In this document: positions 34,601 through 42,914 of the stretch, one piece after another
How the letters are laid out: every line of letters starts with the position of its first letter
Numbering within the stretch: the first letter of the stretch is position 1
Source: an uncultured Coriobacteriaceae bacterium
GTDB lineage: Bacteria; Actinomycetota; Coriobacteriia; Coriobacteriales; Atopobiaceae
DNA: 64,000 nucleotides
Assembly: GCA_902791035.1 (NCBI GenBank)
Contig: CADAUA010000006.1
Span: 80,457-144,456 of the forward strand
Direction of reading: 5' to 3'
The notes under the pieces: generated by a model
Databases searched by the model: none
What the model was told of the DNA's origin: nothing
What the model saw: the letters and a program-made list of their open reading frames with translations, nothing else
Made by a program: the position numbers and the translations under genes

Positions 34601-35434
34601 ATGTGGATTCTCAAGAGCATCAACAACAGCTGTGCGTTCGGTCGGGATGCCGATGGCAAGGACGTCATCGTGTTCGGCAAGGGCATCGGGTTCCGCAAGG
34701 CCCCCTACGAGCTCACCGACCTCTCGCGCGTAAGCCGCACCTTCTACGGCGTCAAGCCCTCGCAGGCAGGCATCGTGGCCGACGTGCCGGAGGAGACGGT
34801 GCTCGTGGCTGCCGACATCGTAGGGCTCGCGCGGGCCGAGCTGGGGGTCAAGCTGAGCCCGAACGCGGCCTTCGTCCTGGCAGACCACATCAACTTCGCC
34901 ATCACTCGCGCGGCCCAGGGGATAGACCTTGCCACGCCTCTGGCCAACGAGATCCGGCACTTCTTCCCCCGCGAGTACAGGGTCGGCAAGGTCGCGCTGA
35001 ATCTGGTGAACGACCGGCTGGGCACCAGCCTGCCCGACGACGAGGCCGCCAACATGGCCCTCCACATAGTCGACGCCGAGGGCGAGCCAGGCGGCACCAC
35101 CTCGGCAGGCCAGGCCACGCGGATAATCGCCGACGTGACCCGCATCGCCGAGGAGGAGCTGGGCATCCCCGTCGATACGGAAAGCGCGGACTACGCCCGC
35201 TTTGTCACGCACCTGCGCTTCCTGGCCGAGCGAATCTCCGGCAACGTGCACCGAGAGGACGGCGTGGCCCCCATGCTGACGCCGCTGAGCGAGACCTACC
35301 CCCAGGCTGCCGCCATAGTCCGGCACATCGTGGCCTACTTCTACGACCAGTGGCACTGGGAATGCGACGAGAGCGAGACCCTCTACCTGCTCGTACACGT
35401 CCAGAGGCTCCGCTCCAGCCTCCAGGACGCCTGA
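34601..35434 (+). CDS. BglG/LicT-family transcription antiterminator (CAT-PRD1-PRD2)
   Basis: The ATG at 34601 follows GAGAGGGGG. The CAT domain reads MWILKSINNSCAFGRDADGKDVIVFGKGIGF, and two PRD-like regions follow. At 277 aa it matches LicT in length. Confidence 0.9.
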   Translation: MWILKSINNSCAFGRDADGKDVIVFGKGIGFRKAPYELTDLSRVSRTFYGVKPSQAGIVADVPEETVLVAADIVGLARAELGVKLSPNAAFVLADHINFAITRAAQGIDLATPLANEIRHFFPREYRVGKVALNLVNDRLGTSLPDDEAANMALHIVDAEGEPGGTTSAGQATRIIADVTRIAEEELGIPVDTESADYARFVTHLRFLAERISGNVHREDGVAPMLTPLSETYPQAAAIVRHIVAYFYDQWHWECDESETLYLLVHVQRLRSSLQDA

Positions 35435-35469
35435 CGGCATCCCGGGGTTGTCCTCTACGGGGGTCTACC

Positions 35470-36018
35470 CTACGCCCTTCCGGCCACGCTCTCGACGTGC
35501 TGGAGCTCAAAGCGCCACTCTTGCACGGCATCCGGGTACTTCTCGTGGTCGACGGGAGAGAGGAACATCGCCTTCGGTCGCACCCAGAGCGAACCGTCCC
35601 CGTAGAGCTTGCGATACACCACTAGCTCCTCACCCGTCTCGGAGTCGCGCGCGACGTCCTCGACGAGGTAGTAGTCGCCTTTGAAGTGGCGATAGATCCC
35701 GTGGACCACGAGGGGGTTCTCGGCGGGATCCGGCTTAGGGGCAGGTACGGGACCTGGCTCAGGTGCAGGCACGGGCGCGGGCTCCGGCGCAGCCGGCTCC
35801 TCCGCCACGGCGGCCCTCGCCTCGAGCGCCTGCCTCAGGCACTCCTTCACGCGGCCCCTGCACTTGCCGCACTTGGTTGCCGCGCCAGTCATGCGCTCGA
35901 TGTCCGCCATGCTCGTCGCGCCTGCGTCCACCGCTGCCCTGACGTCCGCCTTGGTCACGTGCTTGCAGCTGCAGACGACGTCCTTCTTACCGCCCTTGCC
36001 ACCGTGCTTCTTGCCCAT
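35470..36018 (-). CDS. Fusion of a BFD-like [2Fe-2S]-binding domain and a DUF1653 domain via a Pro-rich linker
   Basis: The N-terminus carries CSCKH...KCGKC (BFD-like four Cys). A linker APEPAPVPAPEPGPVPAPKP follows. The C-terminus reads YRHFKGDYYLVEDVARDSETGEELVVYRKLYGDGSLWVRP, which is DUF1653-like. Confidence 0.7.
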   Translation of the reverse strand: MGKKHGGKGGKKDVVCSCKHVTKADVRAAVDAGATSMADIERMTGAATKCGKCRGRVKECLRQALEARAAVAEEPAAPEPAPVPAPEPGPVPAPKPDPAENPLVVHGIYRHFKGDYYLVEDVARDSETGEELVVYRKLYGDGSLWVRPKAMFLSPVDHEKYPDAVQEWRFELQHVESVAGRA

Positions 36019-36092
36019 GTCGCTCCCAACGTCGCGATCCGATTCATGGCAACATTCTGCACGAGTCGATCAAATCCGTCGCGGTGCACCGA

Positions 36093-36134
36093 GCCAAAGG
36101 TGTCGTGCCAAGAGTGTCAGACACCTTTGGCACG
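36093..36134. repeat. Family-2 dispersed hairpin repeat with an extra half-site
   Basis: GCCAAAGGTGTC is followed by CGTGCCAAGAGTGTC-A-GACACCTTTGGCACG. Confidence 0.85.
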
Positions 36135-36169
36135 GGTCATCTTCCGAGCGTCGGAGTGTGTCCACGCAA

Positions 36170-36582
36170 GGTAGTCCCCCCAGGGGTCCACCCTTCCCCC
36201 TCCCCGCAAGGTAGTCCCCTCCGGGGGTCCACCCGCTGCTGACTTCCGGGATTTCCGGCCGGTACCGGGGGGATAACGTGGTTAGGTAGTCCCCTCCGGG
36301 GGACCACCACCCCCGGCCCCGCAAGGTAGTCCCCTCCAGGGGTCCACCCGTCGCGAACATCCGGGGTCCCCGCCCGGTACCGGCGGGATAACGTGGTTAG
36401 GTAGTCCCCTCCAGGGGTCCACCCTTCCCCCTCCACGCAAGGTAGTCCCCCCCAGGGGGTCCACCAATCGCGAACATCCGGGGTCCCCGGCCGGTACCGG
36501 GGGGGATAGCGTGGTTAGGTAGTCCCCCCAGGGGGTCCACCCCTCCCCGGCCCCGCAAGGTAGTCCCCTCCGGGGGTCCACC
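36170..36582. repeat. Family-3 phased hairpin array: 8 copies of GGTAGTCCCC-N3-4-GGGGTCCACC in four repeats of about 115-118 bp
   Basis: Hairpin starts are 36170, 36210, 36285, 36325, 36400, 36441, 36518 and 36559, giving intervals of 40,75,40,75,41,77,41. The long linkers carry a second GGTACC-centred palindrome. Confidence 0.95.
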
Positions 36583-36602
36583 AATCGCCAAGAAGAGCGA
36601 GC

Positions 36603-37496
36603 CTATCCGTGACGGGCGGGGCTAGACGCCCGATAGGAGCTGGGGCTCTCCCCCACCATCTGGCCGAAGCGGTAGGAGAAGTTGCTCTCGCTCGCGAAGC
36701 CCACCTCGGCGGCCACGCGCGCCACGGGCAGGTCGGTCTCGGCCAGGAGCTCGCGTGCCTTCGTCACCCGCCACCGCAGCAGGTAGTTGTAGGGGGTCGT
36801 ACCCAGCTGCCGCTTGAAGAGCCGCACAAGGTAGGAGGGGCTCACGCCCGCCTCGGCCGCCATCTGCTCCACCGTGAGGGGCTCCCGGTAGCGCTCCCGC
36901 ACCATCCGCATGGCCACCTCCACGGGCTGTGCGTCCCTATCGCTCGTGCTGCCTGCCAGCACCGCCTCGGCCAGGGGCTCCAGGAGCCCGTGCACGGCAA
37001 GGCCCAGCCTGAGCATGGTCCGCGGCCCCTCCCGCGGCATCAGCGAGAAGACCTGGTCGAACTGGCGGCGCGCGAGGGCCCCGTCGAGGGCGCAGGGCAC
37101 CAGCGTCGGCAGGCCCACCACCTGTGCGATTTCTCTAACACCGGAACCGTCCACATGTGCCCAGAGGTGGTACCAGCGCTCCGATCCGGCGGCCGTGCCG
37201 TAGCGTTGGGGACTCCTACAGTCCATGAGGAGGGCCTGGCCGCGCCCCAGACGCACCACCTGCCCGCCCTGCTCCACCTCCCCCTGACCATCCAGCGTGA
37301 AAAACACGAGGTAAGAGTCCTTATTGGTACGCTCGGTGCTAAAGCCGCCCAGCGCGTAGAAGCACCCCGCCTCCGCGCACTGGAAGGGCTGGGCGAGCTC
37401 GCGGGCGCTTAGGGTCGACCTCAGCCAGGTGCTGCGTGGTTCCAGGTCCAGGTTATAGCTCAGCACAGGTCCGTCCTTCTCTAGAGATAAGTTCAT
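36603..37496 (-). CDS. AraC-family transcriptional regulator (cupin sensor plus HTH), divergent from the rhaB operon
   Basis: The C-terminal AraC HTH reads VSPSYLVRLFKRQLGTTPYNYLLRWRV...FASESNFSYRF. The N-terminal region is cupin-like. Confidence 0.85.
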   Translation of the reverse strand: MNLSLEKDGPVLSYNLDLEPRSTWLRSTLSARELAQPFQCAEAGCFYALGGFSTERTNKDSYLVFFTLDGQGEVEQGGQVVRLGRGQALLMDCRSPQRYGTAAGSERWYHLWAHVDGSGVREIAQVVGLPTLVPCALDGALARRQFDQVFSLMPREGPRTMLRLGLAVHGLLEPLAEAVLAGSTSDRDAQPVEVAMRMVRERYREPLTVEQMAAEAGVSPSYLVRLFKRQLGTTPYNYLLRWRVTKARELLAETDLPVARVAAEVGFASESNFSYRFGQMVGESPSSYRASSPARHG

Positions 37497-37626
37497 TTAT
37501 TCGAAAGTCCTTGTCATTCTAGCGTATGGAGCGCAACGTGGCGGCGGCGTATGCTCTGTGCCAGCAAGCACGGGATGGGCACGGGCGGGCCGGCGGGCAG
37601 CCGGCCGCGCGAGAACGGGGGACGCA

Positions 37627-39057
37627 ATGGCACGGCATCTGGCTATAGACATCGGCGCCTCGAGCGGGCGCGGCATCGTGGGCGAGGTCGTGGACGGCCG
37701 CATGGTGCTCACCGAGGTCCACCGCTTCGAGAACGGGCTCGTGCGCCGCGGCGGCCATCTCTGCTGGGACGTGGAGTCCCTGGCGGCAAACGTTGTGGAG
37801 AGCCTGGCCGCGGCCGAGGCACAGGGCCTGCGCCCCGCGACCGTGGGCATCGACACCTGGGCCGTGGACTTCGCGCTCGTGGACAAGGACGGCCAGCTCG
37901 TGGGCGACACCGTGGGCTACCGAGACTCCCGCACGGCTGGGGTACGCGACGAGCTGGAGGCCTCGGGCATCCTGGCCTTCGCCGACCACTACGCCACCAC
38001 GGGCATCCAGTACCAGCAGTTCAACACCTGCTACCAGCTGGTGGCGCTCAAGCGCGAGCACCCCGAGCAGCTGGAGCAGGCGGACGCCCTTCTCCTCATG
38101 CCCGACTACCTTGGCTTCCTCCTCACCGGCGTGCGCGCCGCGGAGTACACCAACGCCAGCACCACCGCCCTTGTCTCCGCCGCCACGCGCGACTGGGACG
38201 ACGCCCTGATCGAGCGCCTGGGCCTGCCGCGCCGGCTCTTCCAGCCCATCGCCCAGCCCGGCACCGTCCTGGGGACGCTCCGGCCCGAGCTCGCGGGGCG
38301 CCTGGGCTTCGACTGCGAGGCCGTCCTGCCCGCCACGCACGACACCGGGTCCGCCTGGCTTGCCGTGCCCGCGCCGGACGACCGCTCCGTCTACCTGAGC
38401 TCCGGCACCTGGAGCCTCATGGGCGCCGACCTGGGCGAAGCCGTGACCTCCCCCGCCAGCGCCGAGGCCAACTTCACGAACGAGGGCGGCGCCGAGGGCC
38501 GCTTCCGCTACCTCAAGAACATCATGGGCCTCTGGATGATCCAGAACGTGCGGCGCGAGTCGGGCGACGCCGAGGGCAACCTGCCCAGCTGGGGCGACCT
38601 CGTGGCAGCGGCCGAGGCCGCGCGCGCCGAGGGCTTCCACGCCGTCGTGGACGCCGACGAGCCCCGCTTCCTGGCCCCGGAGAGCATGAGCGAGGCCGTG
38701 CGCGAGGCCTGCCGCGAGTCGGGCCAGCCGGTGCCCGCCACCACGGGCCAGCTCGCCCTCACGGTCTACGACTCCCTGGCCGCCGACTACGCCCGCACGG
38801 TCCGCGAGCTCGCGCGCCTCACAGGCACCGTCTACGAGCGCATCAACGTCGTGGGTGGCGGGGCGAACAACGCCTATCTCAACCAGGCCACTGCCGATGC
38901 CTGCGGGCTTCCCGTCCTGGCCGGCCCCACCGAGGGCGCGGCGCTCGGCAACCTCATGGTGCAGTTCGTGCACGCGGGCGAGTACGCGAGCCTTTCCGAG
39001 GCACGCGCGGCCATCCCCGCAAGCTTCCCGATCCGCGAGTTCCAACCCCGCGGCTAA
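37627..39057 (+). CDS. rhaB: Rhamnulokinase (FGGY family)
   Basis: Close motif-level match to E. coli RhaB from memory: DIGASSGR, HRFENG, IDTWAVDF, YRDSRT, LLMPDY, SSGTWSLMG, NEGGAEGR.RYLKNIMGLW. Confidence 0.9.
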   Translation: MARHLAIDIGASSGRGIVGEVVDGRMVLTEVHRFENGLVRRGGHLCWDVESLAANVVESLAAAEAQGLRPATVGIDTWAVDFALVDKDGQLVGDTVGYRDSRTAGVRDELEASGILAFADHYATTGIQYQQFNTCYQLVALKREHPEQLEQADALLLMPDYLGFLLTGVRAAEYTNASTTALVSAATRDWDDALIERLGLPRRLFQPIAQPGTVLGTLRPELAGRLGFDCEAVLPATHDTGSAWLAVPAPDDRSVYLSSGTWSLMGADLGEAVTSPASAEANFTNEGGAEGRFRYLKNIMGLWMIQNVRRESGDAEGNLPSWGDLVAAAEAARAEGFHAVVDADEPRFLAPESMSEAVREACRESGQPVPATTGQLALTVYDSLAADYARTVRELARLTGTVYERINVVGGGANNAYLNQATADACGLPVLAGPTEGAALGNLMVQFVHAGEYASLSEARAAIPASFPIREFQPRG

Positions 39058-39068
39058 CCAGACAGGCC

Positions 39069-39098
39069 GTACCAAGAGGGTCAGGCACTCTTGGCACG
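39069..39098. repeat. Family-2 dispersed hairpin repeat (degenerate) in the rhaB-isomerase gap
   Basis: GTACCAAGAGGGTC-AGG-CACTCTTGGCACG. Confidence 0.7.
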
Positions 39099-39135
39099 CG
39101 AAGCGGGGCCCGAGCCCCGAGACAAGGAGAAGGAC

Positions 39136-40554
39136 ATGCTCGTAGAGACCAAGGCCAAGGTTGGCGTCTTCTCGATCGCCCTGCAGGCCTACCTGCCCCA
39201 GTTCCCCCAGCTGGTGCCGGAGTTCGAGAGCCAGTACGCCGCCTTCAAGGCCAGCCTGCCCACCACGGTGGAGCTCGTGGACGGCGGCATGGTAACCACC
39301 AAGGAGGCCGCCGCGGCCGCGGGCGACAAGTTCCGCGCCGCCGACGTGGACCTCGTGATCCTCCAGCTCCTCACCTACTGCACCTCCTACAACATGCTGC
39401 CCGCCGTGCGCGACCTGGACGTCCCCGTGGTGCTCGTGAACCTCCAGAAGGTCCGCTGCCTGGACTTCGCCACCGCAGGCACCGCCGAGTGGCTGGGCCT
39501 GGGCTACGCGGGCGGCGCCGTAGGCGAGATGGTGGCCGACCTGGAGCGCGCCGGCAAGCGCCACGCCGTGGTCACCGGCGTCCAGGGCGATGACCCCGAG
39601 GTCGCCGCGCAGATCGAGGACTGGTGCCGCGCCGCCCAGGTGCGCCGCCGCTTCCGCACCACCAACCTGGCCCAGATCGGCCGCCCCTACCCCGGCATGA
39701 TGGACCTCTACATCGACGAGACCAACCTCTACAACCGCATGGGCGTCTACACCAAGCAGTTCGACTGGGAGCGCATGTGGGCTATCGCCGACGACGTGAC
39801 CGACGAGGCTGCCATCGCCGCCAAGGTGGCCGACATCCACGGCACCTTCGACGTCCTGGGCGACTATGACGAGAAGGACATCCACGAGATGGCCCGCTAC
39901 GTCCTGGCCTTCGAACAGTGGGTCCGCGACGAGGACCTGGGCTTCGTGGCCTCCCACTACGACGGCCTGGCCCAGGGCAAGGCGGGCGTGCTGGACTCCA
40001 TGCTGATCCCGGCCTTCTCCATGCTCATCAAGCAGGGCGTGGCCTGCGCCGTGGAGGGCGACATCAAGGTGGCCCTGGGCATGTCCATCATGAAGACCAT
40101 CTCCGGAGCCTGCCAGCTCTCCGAGTTCTACACCTTCGACTTCGACGACGACGTGGTCCTCATCGGCCACTCCGGCTCCGGCGACGCGGACTTCTCCACC
40201 GCCCGCAAGGCCACGATGGAGATCGTCCCCGTCTTCCACGGCAAGACCGGCGGCGGCTACCTCACGCGCTTCTACCCCAAGGCGGGCCCCGTGACCTACC
40301 TGGGCATCACGCAGGACGCAGACGGCCACTTCAAGTTCGTGGTGAGCGAGGGCACGATCGAGGACGGCCCCACCTTGGGCAACGGCGACACGACCTTCCG
40401 CACGCGCTTCTCCATCGGCGCGCGCGAGTGGAACAACCGCTGGTGCGAGTGCGGCCCCACCCACCACTTCGCGGCCGCCCAGGGCTCCTGGACCGACACC
40501 ATCGAGAAGGTCGCCAAGGTCCTAAACGTGCCCGCGCAGGTCGTGTGCAGGTAG
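39136..40554 (+). CDS. AraA (L-arabinose isomerase)-family sugar isomerase, candidate L-rhamnose isomerase by context
   Basis: The ATG at 39136 follows AAGGAGAAGG. It aligns by eye to E. coli AraA catalytic regions: VEGDIKVA vs GEGDWKTA, LSEFYTFDF...IGHSG vs FMEDYTYHF...LGSHM, and GPTHHFAAA vs GGAHHTVFS. Confidence 0.65.
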   Translation: MLVETKAKVGVFSIALQAYLPQFPQLVPEFESQYAAFKASLPTTVELVDGGMVTTKEAAAAAGDKFRAADVDLVILQLLTYCTSYNMLPAVRDLDVPVVLVNLQKVRCLDFATAGTAEWLGLGYAGGAVGEMVADLERAGKRHAVVTGVQGDDPEVAAQIEDWCRAAQVRRRFRTTNLAQIGRPYPGMMDLYIDETNLYNRMGVYTKQFDWERMWAIADDVTDEAAIAAKVADIHGTFDVLGDYDEKDIHEMARYVLAFEQWVRDEDLGFVASHYDGLAQGKAGVLDSMLIPAFSMLIKQGVACAVEGDIKVALGMSIMKTISGACQLSEFYTFDFDDDVVLIGHSGSGDADFSTARKATMEIVPVFHGKTGGGYLTRFYPKAGPVTYLGITQDADGHFKFVVSEGTIEDGPTLGNGDTTFRTRFSIGAREWNNRWCECGPTHHFAAAQGSWTDTIEKVAKVLNVPAQVVCR

Positions 40555-40563
40555 TTCCTGGCG

Positions 40564-40607
40564 GGTTCTTGTCAGGTTCTTGTCAGGTTCTTGTCAGGTT
40601 CTTGTCA
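40564..40607. repeat. 11-bp perfect tandem repeat x4 (GGTTCTTGTCA) in the isomerase-rhaD gap
   Basis: The four units are 40564-40574, 40575-40585, 40586-40596 and 40597-40607. Confidence 0.95.
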
Positions 40608-40667
40608 ACTAGTCATCCGAATGCAGGCATCACGAAAACAGGCGTCACGAAGAGAAGGGAAACCATC

Positions 40668-41495
40668 ATGGCAATCGAGGATCTGGACTTCGTCAAGGGC
40701 TTCTGCAGGATGTGCGACGACGGCTTCGCCCAGGGCTGGCACGAGCGCAACGGCGGCAACCTCACCTACCTCATGAGCACGGACGAGGTCGCCGCTGCCC
40801 GCCCCGGCTTCGACGAGCCCCGCGAGTGGGTGGCCATGGGCGTGGAGGACGCCACGCTGGCCGGGCGCTTCTTCCTCTCCACCGGCTCCGGCAAGTACAT
40901 GCGCAACGTCATGGACGACCCCGCCCACAACATCGGCATCGTGGAGATCAACGAGACCGGCAGCGCCTACCGCATCGTGTGGGGCCTGCTCGACGGCGCC
41001 AAGCCCACGAGCGAGTTCCCCAGCCACTACATGAACCACTGCGTGCGCGTGGCCGCCGACCCCACCAACCGCGTGATCTACCACTCCCACACCCCTGGCG
41101 TCATCGAGATGAGCTTCATCGTGCCGCTCGAGGACCGCGCCTTCTCCCGCATCCTCTGGCAGATGATGACCGAGTGCGTGGTCGTGTTCCCGCAGGGCGT
41201 GGGCGTGGTGCCCTGGATGGTGCCCGGCGGCTCCGACATCGCCTACGCCACGAGCAAGCTCATGGCCAAGTTCCCCGCCGCCGTGTGGGCCCACCACGGG
41301 CTCTTCGTGTCCGGCCCGGACTTCGACACCGCCTTCGGCCTGGCCCACACCATCGAGAAGGCCGCCGAGCTCTACATCGCCACGCGCGCGGCCAACGGCG
41401 GGTCCGACAAGTTCCTGAACTACATCACCGACCAGGACCTCAAGGACACCTGCCGCGACTTCCACGTGGAGATCAACCCCGACTTCGTGGACTAG
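40668..41495 (+). CDS. rhaD: Rhamnulose-1-phosphate aldolase (class II)
   Basis: The ATG at 40668 follows GAGAAGGGA. It matches E. coli RhaD over GWHERNGGNLT, TGSGKYMRNV, PTSEFPSH, ECVVVFPQGVGVVPWMVPG and HGLFVSGPDFDTAFGL. The product is 275 aa. Confidence 0.9.
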   Translation: MAIEDLDFVKGFCRMCDDGFAQGWHERNGGNLTYLMSTDEVAAARPGFDEPREWVAMGVEDATLAGRFFLSTGSGKYMRNVMDDPAHNIGIVEINETGSAYRIVWGLLDGAKPTSEFPSHYMNHCVRVAADPTNRVIYHSHTPGVIEMSFIVPLEDRAFSRILWQMMTECVVVFPQGVGVVPWMVPGGSDIAYATSKLMAKFPAAVWAHHGLFVSGPDFDTAFGLAHTIEKAAELYIATRAANGGSDKFLNYITDQDLKDTCRDFHVEINPDFVD

Positions 41496-41503
41496 CCCTG
41501 GTC

Positions 41504-41612
41504 GCGCCACGGGTGTCCCGCGCCACGGGTTTCCCGTGCCACGGGTGTCCCGTGCCAAGGGTGTCCCGCGCCACGGGTGTCCCGCGCCACGGGTGTCTGA
41601 CGCTTTTGGCAT
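41504..41612. repeat. 16-bp tandem repeat (5 units, GCGCCACGGGTGTCCC) ending in a family-2 hairpin
   Basis: Units start at 41504, 41520, 41536, 41552 and 41568. A sixth copy continues as GCCACGGGTGTC-TGA-CGCTTTTGGCATGG. Adjacent units form CACGGG-TGT-CCCGTG mini-hairpins. Confidence 0.9.
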
Positions 41613-41653
41613 GGGCCGCACGACAACGAAGCACTGTCGCCCGCCCTGTTGCA

Positions 41654-41710
41654 CCCCTCTCGTCTTCAGGTAGCATGTTCTTGTTTGTGGTTGCCTGACG
41701 ACGAGAGGGG
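41654..41710 (+). promoter_or_regulatory. 17-bp-stem hairpin sequestering the Shine-Dalgarno of the Zn-ADH gene
   Basis: CCCCTCTCGTCTTCAGG - 23 nt loop - CCTGACGACGAGAGGGG, with one mismatch. The 3' arm contains GAGAGGGG, 7 nt upstream of the ATG at 41717. Confidence 0.5.
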
Positions 41711-41716
41711 TTCCCT

Positions 41717-42823
41717 ATGCAGATCAAGGCTATGGTCATCCACGAGAAGAACGGTCCCTACCAGCTCGAGGACGTGGAGCTGGACGAGCCCCGGGAGGGC
41801 GAGGTCCTCATCCGCAACGTGGCCTCGGGCATCTGCCACACCGACGAGTTTGGCCGCTCCCAGGGCGTGCCCATCGCGCTGCCGCTGGTACTGGGCCACG
41901 AGGGCGCCGGCATCGTGGAGAAGGTCGGCCCCGGCGTCACGGACCTCAAGCCCGGGGACCACGTGGGCGTGACCTACGCCTTTGACGGCACCTGCCCCGC
42001 CTGCCGCAACCGCGAGCCCTACTACTGCGTCAACTTCAACCAGATCAACTTCGGTGGCGTCATCGGCACCAACCGCACCACCCGCCTGCACCAGAACGGC
42101 AAGCCGGTGAGCATGTTCTTTGGCCAGTCCAGCTTCGCCACCTACTCCGTGGCGTCGGCCGCGAGCGTCTCCAAGGTGGATGACGACGTGGACCTGGCCC
42201 TCGTGGCCCCGCTGGGCTGCGGCGTGCAGACCGGCGCCGGCGCCATGATCAACGTGGCCAAGGTCGGCTCCGAGGACCAGGTGGCCGTGTACGGCTGCGG
42301 CGCCGTGGGCATGTCCGCCATCATGGGCGCGGCAGTGGCCGGCTGCAAGACCATCATCGCGGTGGGCGGCAACCCGCGCAGCCTGGAGCTCGCCCGCGAG
42401 CTCGGCGCCACGCATACCATCAACCGCAAGGAGGTGGAGGACGTGCCCGCCGAGGTCCAGCGCATCACCGGCACCGGCGCCGACGTGGCCCTCGACACCT
42501 CGGGCAACGGACGCATGATGACCAACGCCATCCGCGGCCTCAAGTACCACGGCACCTTCCTGCCCGTGGCCGCGGCCGGCACCATCGAGCACTTCGACGT
42601 GGGCAACGACATCATGATGCCCATGCGCACCATGAAGGGCACCTGCGAGGGCGAGTCCGACCCCAAGACCTTCGTCCCGCAGATGGTGCGCTGGTACAAG
42701 GAGGGCCGCTTCCCCGTGGACCGCATCCTCTCCTTCTACGACTTCAAGGACATCCAGCAGGCCCTGGACGACTCCGCCAACGGCAAGATCATCAAGGCGG
42801 TCCTGCGCATCTCGCAGCAGTAG
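41717..42823 (+). CDS. Zinc-dependent alcohol dehydrogenase (MDR family), candidate lactaldehyde reductase by context
   Basis: The catalytic zinc motif is GICHTD...GHEGAG. The structural zinc Cys cluster is CPACRNREPYYC. The Rossmann motif is GCGAVG. Confidence 0.85.
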   Translation: MQIKAMVIHEKNGPYQLEDVELDEPREGEVLIRNVASGICHTDEFGRSQGVPIALPLVLGHEGAGIVEKVGPGVTDLKPGDHVGVTYAFDGTCPACRNREPYYCVNFNQINFGGVIGTNRTTRLHQNGKPVSMFFGQSSFATYSVASAASVSKVDDDVDLALVAPLGCGVQTGAGAMINVAKVGSEDQVAVYGCGAVGMSAIMGAAVAGCKTIIAVGGNPRSLELARELGATHTINRKEVEDVPAEVQRITGTGADVALDTSGNGRMMTNAIRGLKYHGTFLPVAAAGTIEHFDVGNDIMMPMRTMKGTCEGESDPKTFVPQMVRWYKEGRFPVDRILSFYDFKDIQQALDDSANGKIIKAVLRISQQ

Positions 42824-42914
42824 GTGAGCCGCGCCTGCAAGCACGGTGGGCAACGGGCACCGCGCTTGCGAGAGGGTGCACTTGTTGCCTGTTGTGGCCG
42901 TGAAGTTGCCCCCC

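Noticed and set aside
36170-36582. CRISPR array interpretation of the family-3 hairpin arrays (also 43043-43376, 44649-44906, 50599-50892)
   Set aside because: The spacers are not unique: they repeat within each array. They alternate between two lengths (about 15 and 50 bp) rather than one. No cas genes or leader are present in the window, and the repeats carry many mismatches between copies.
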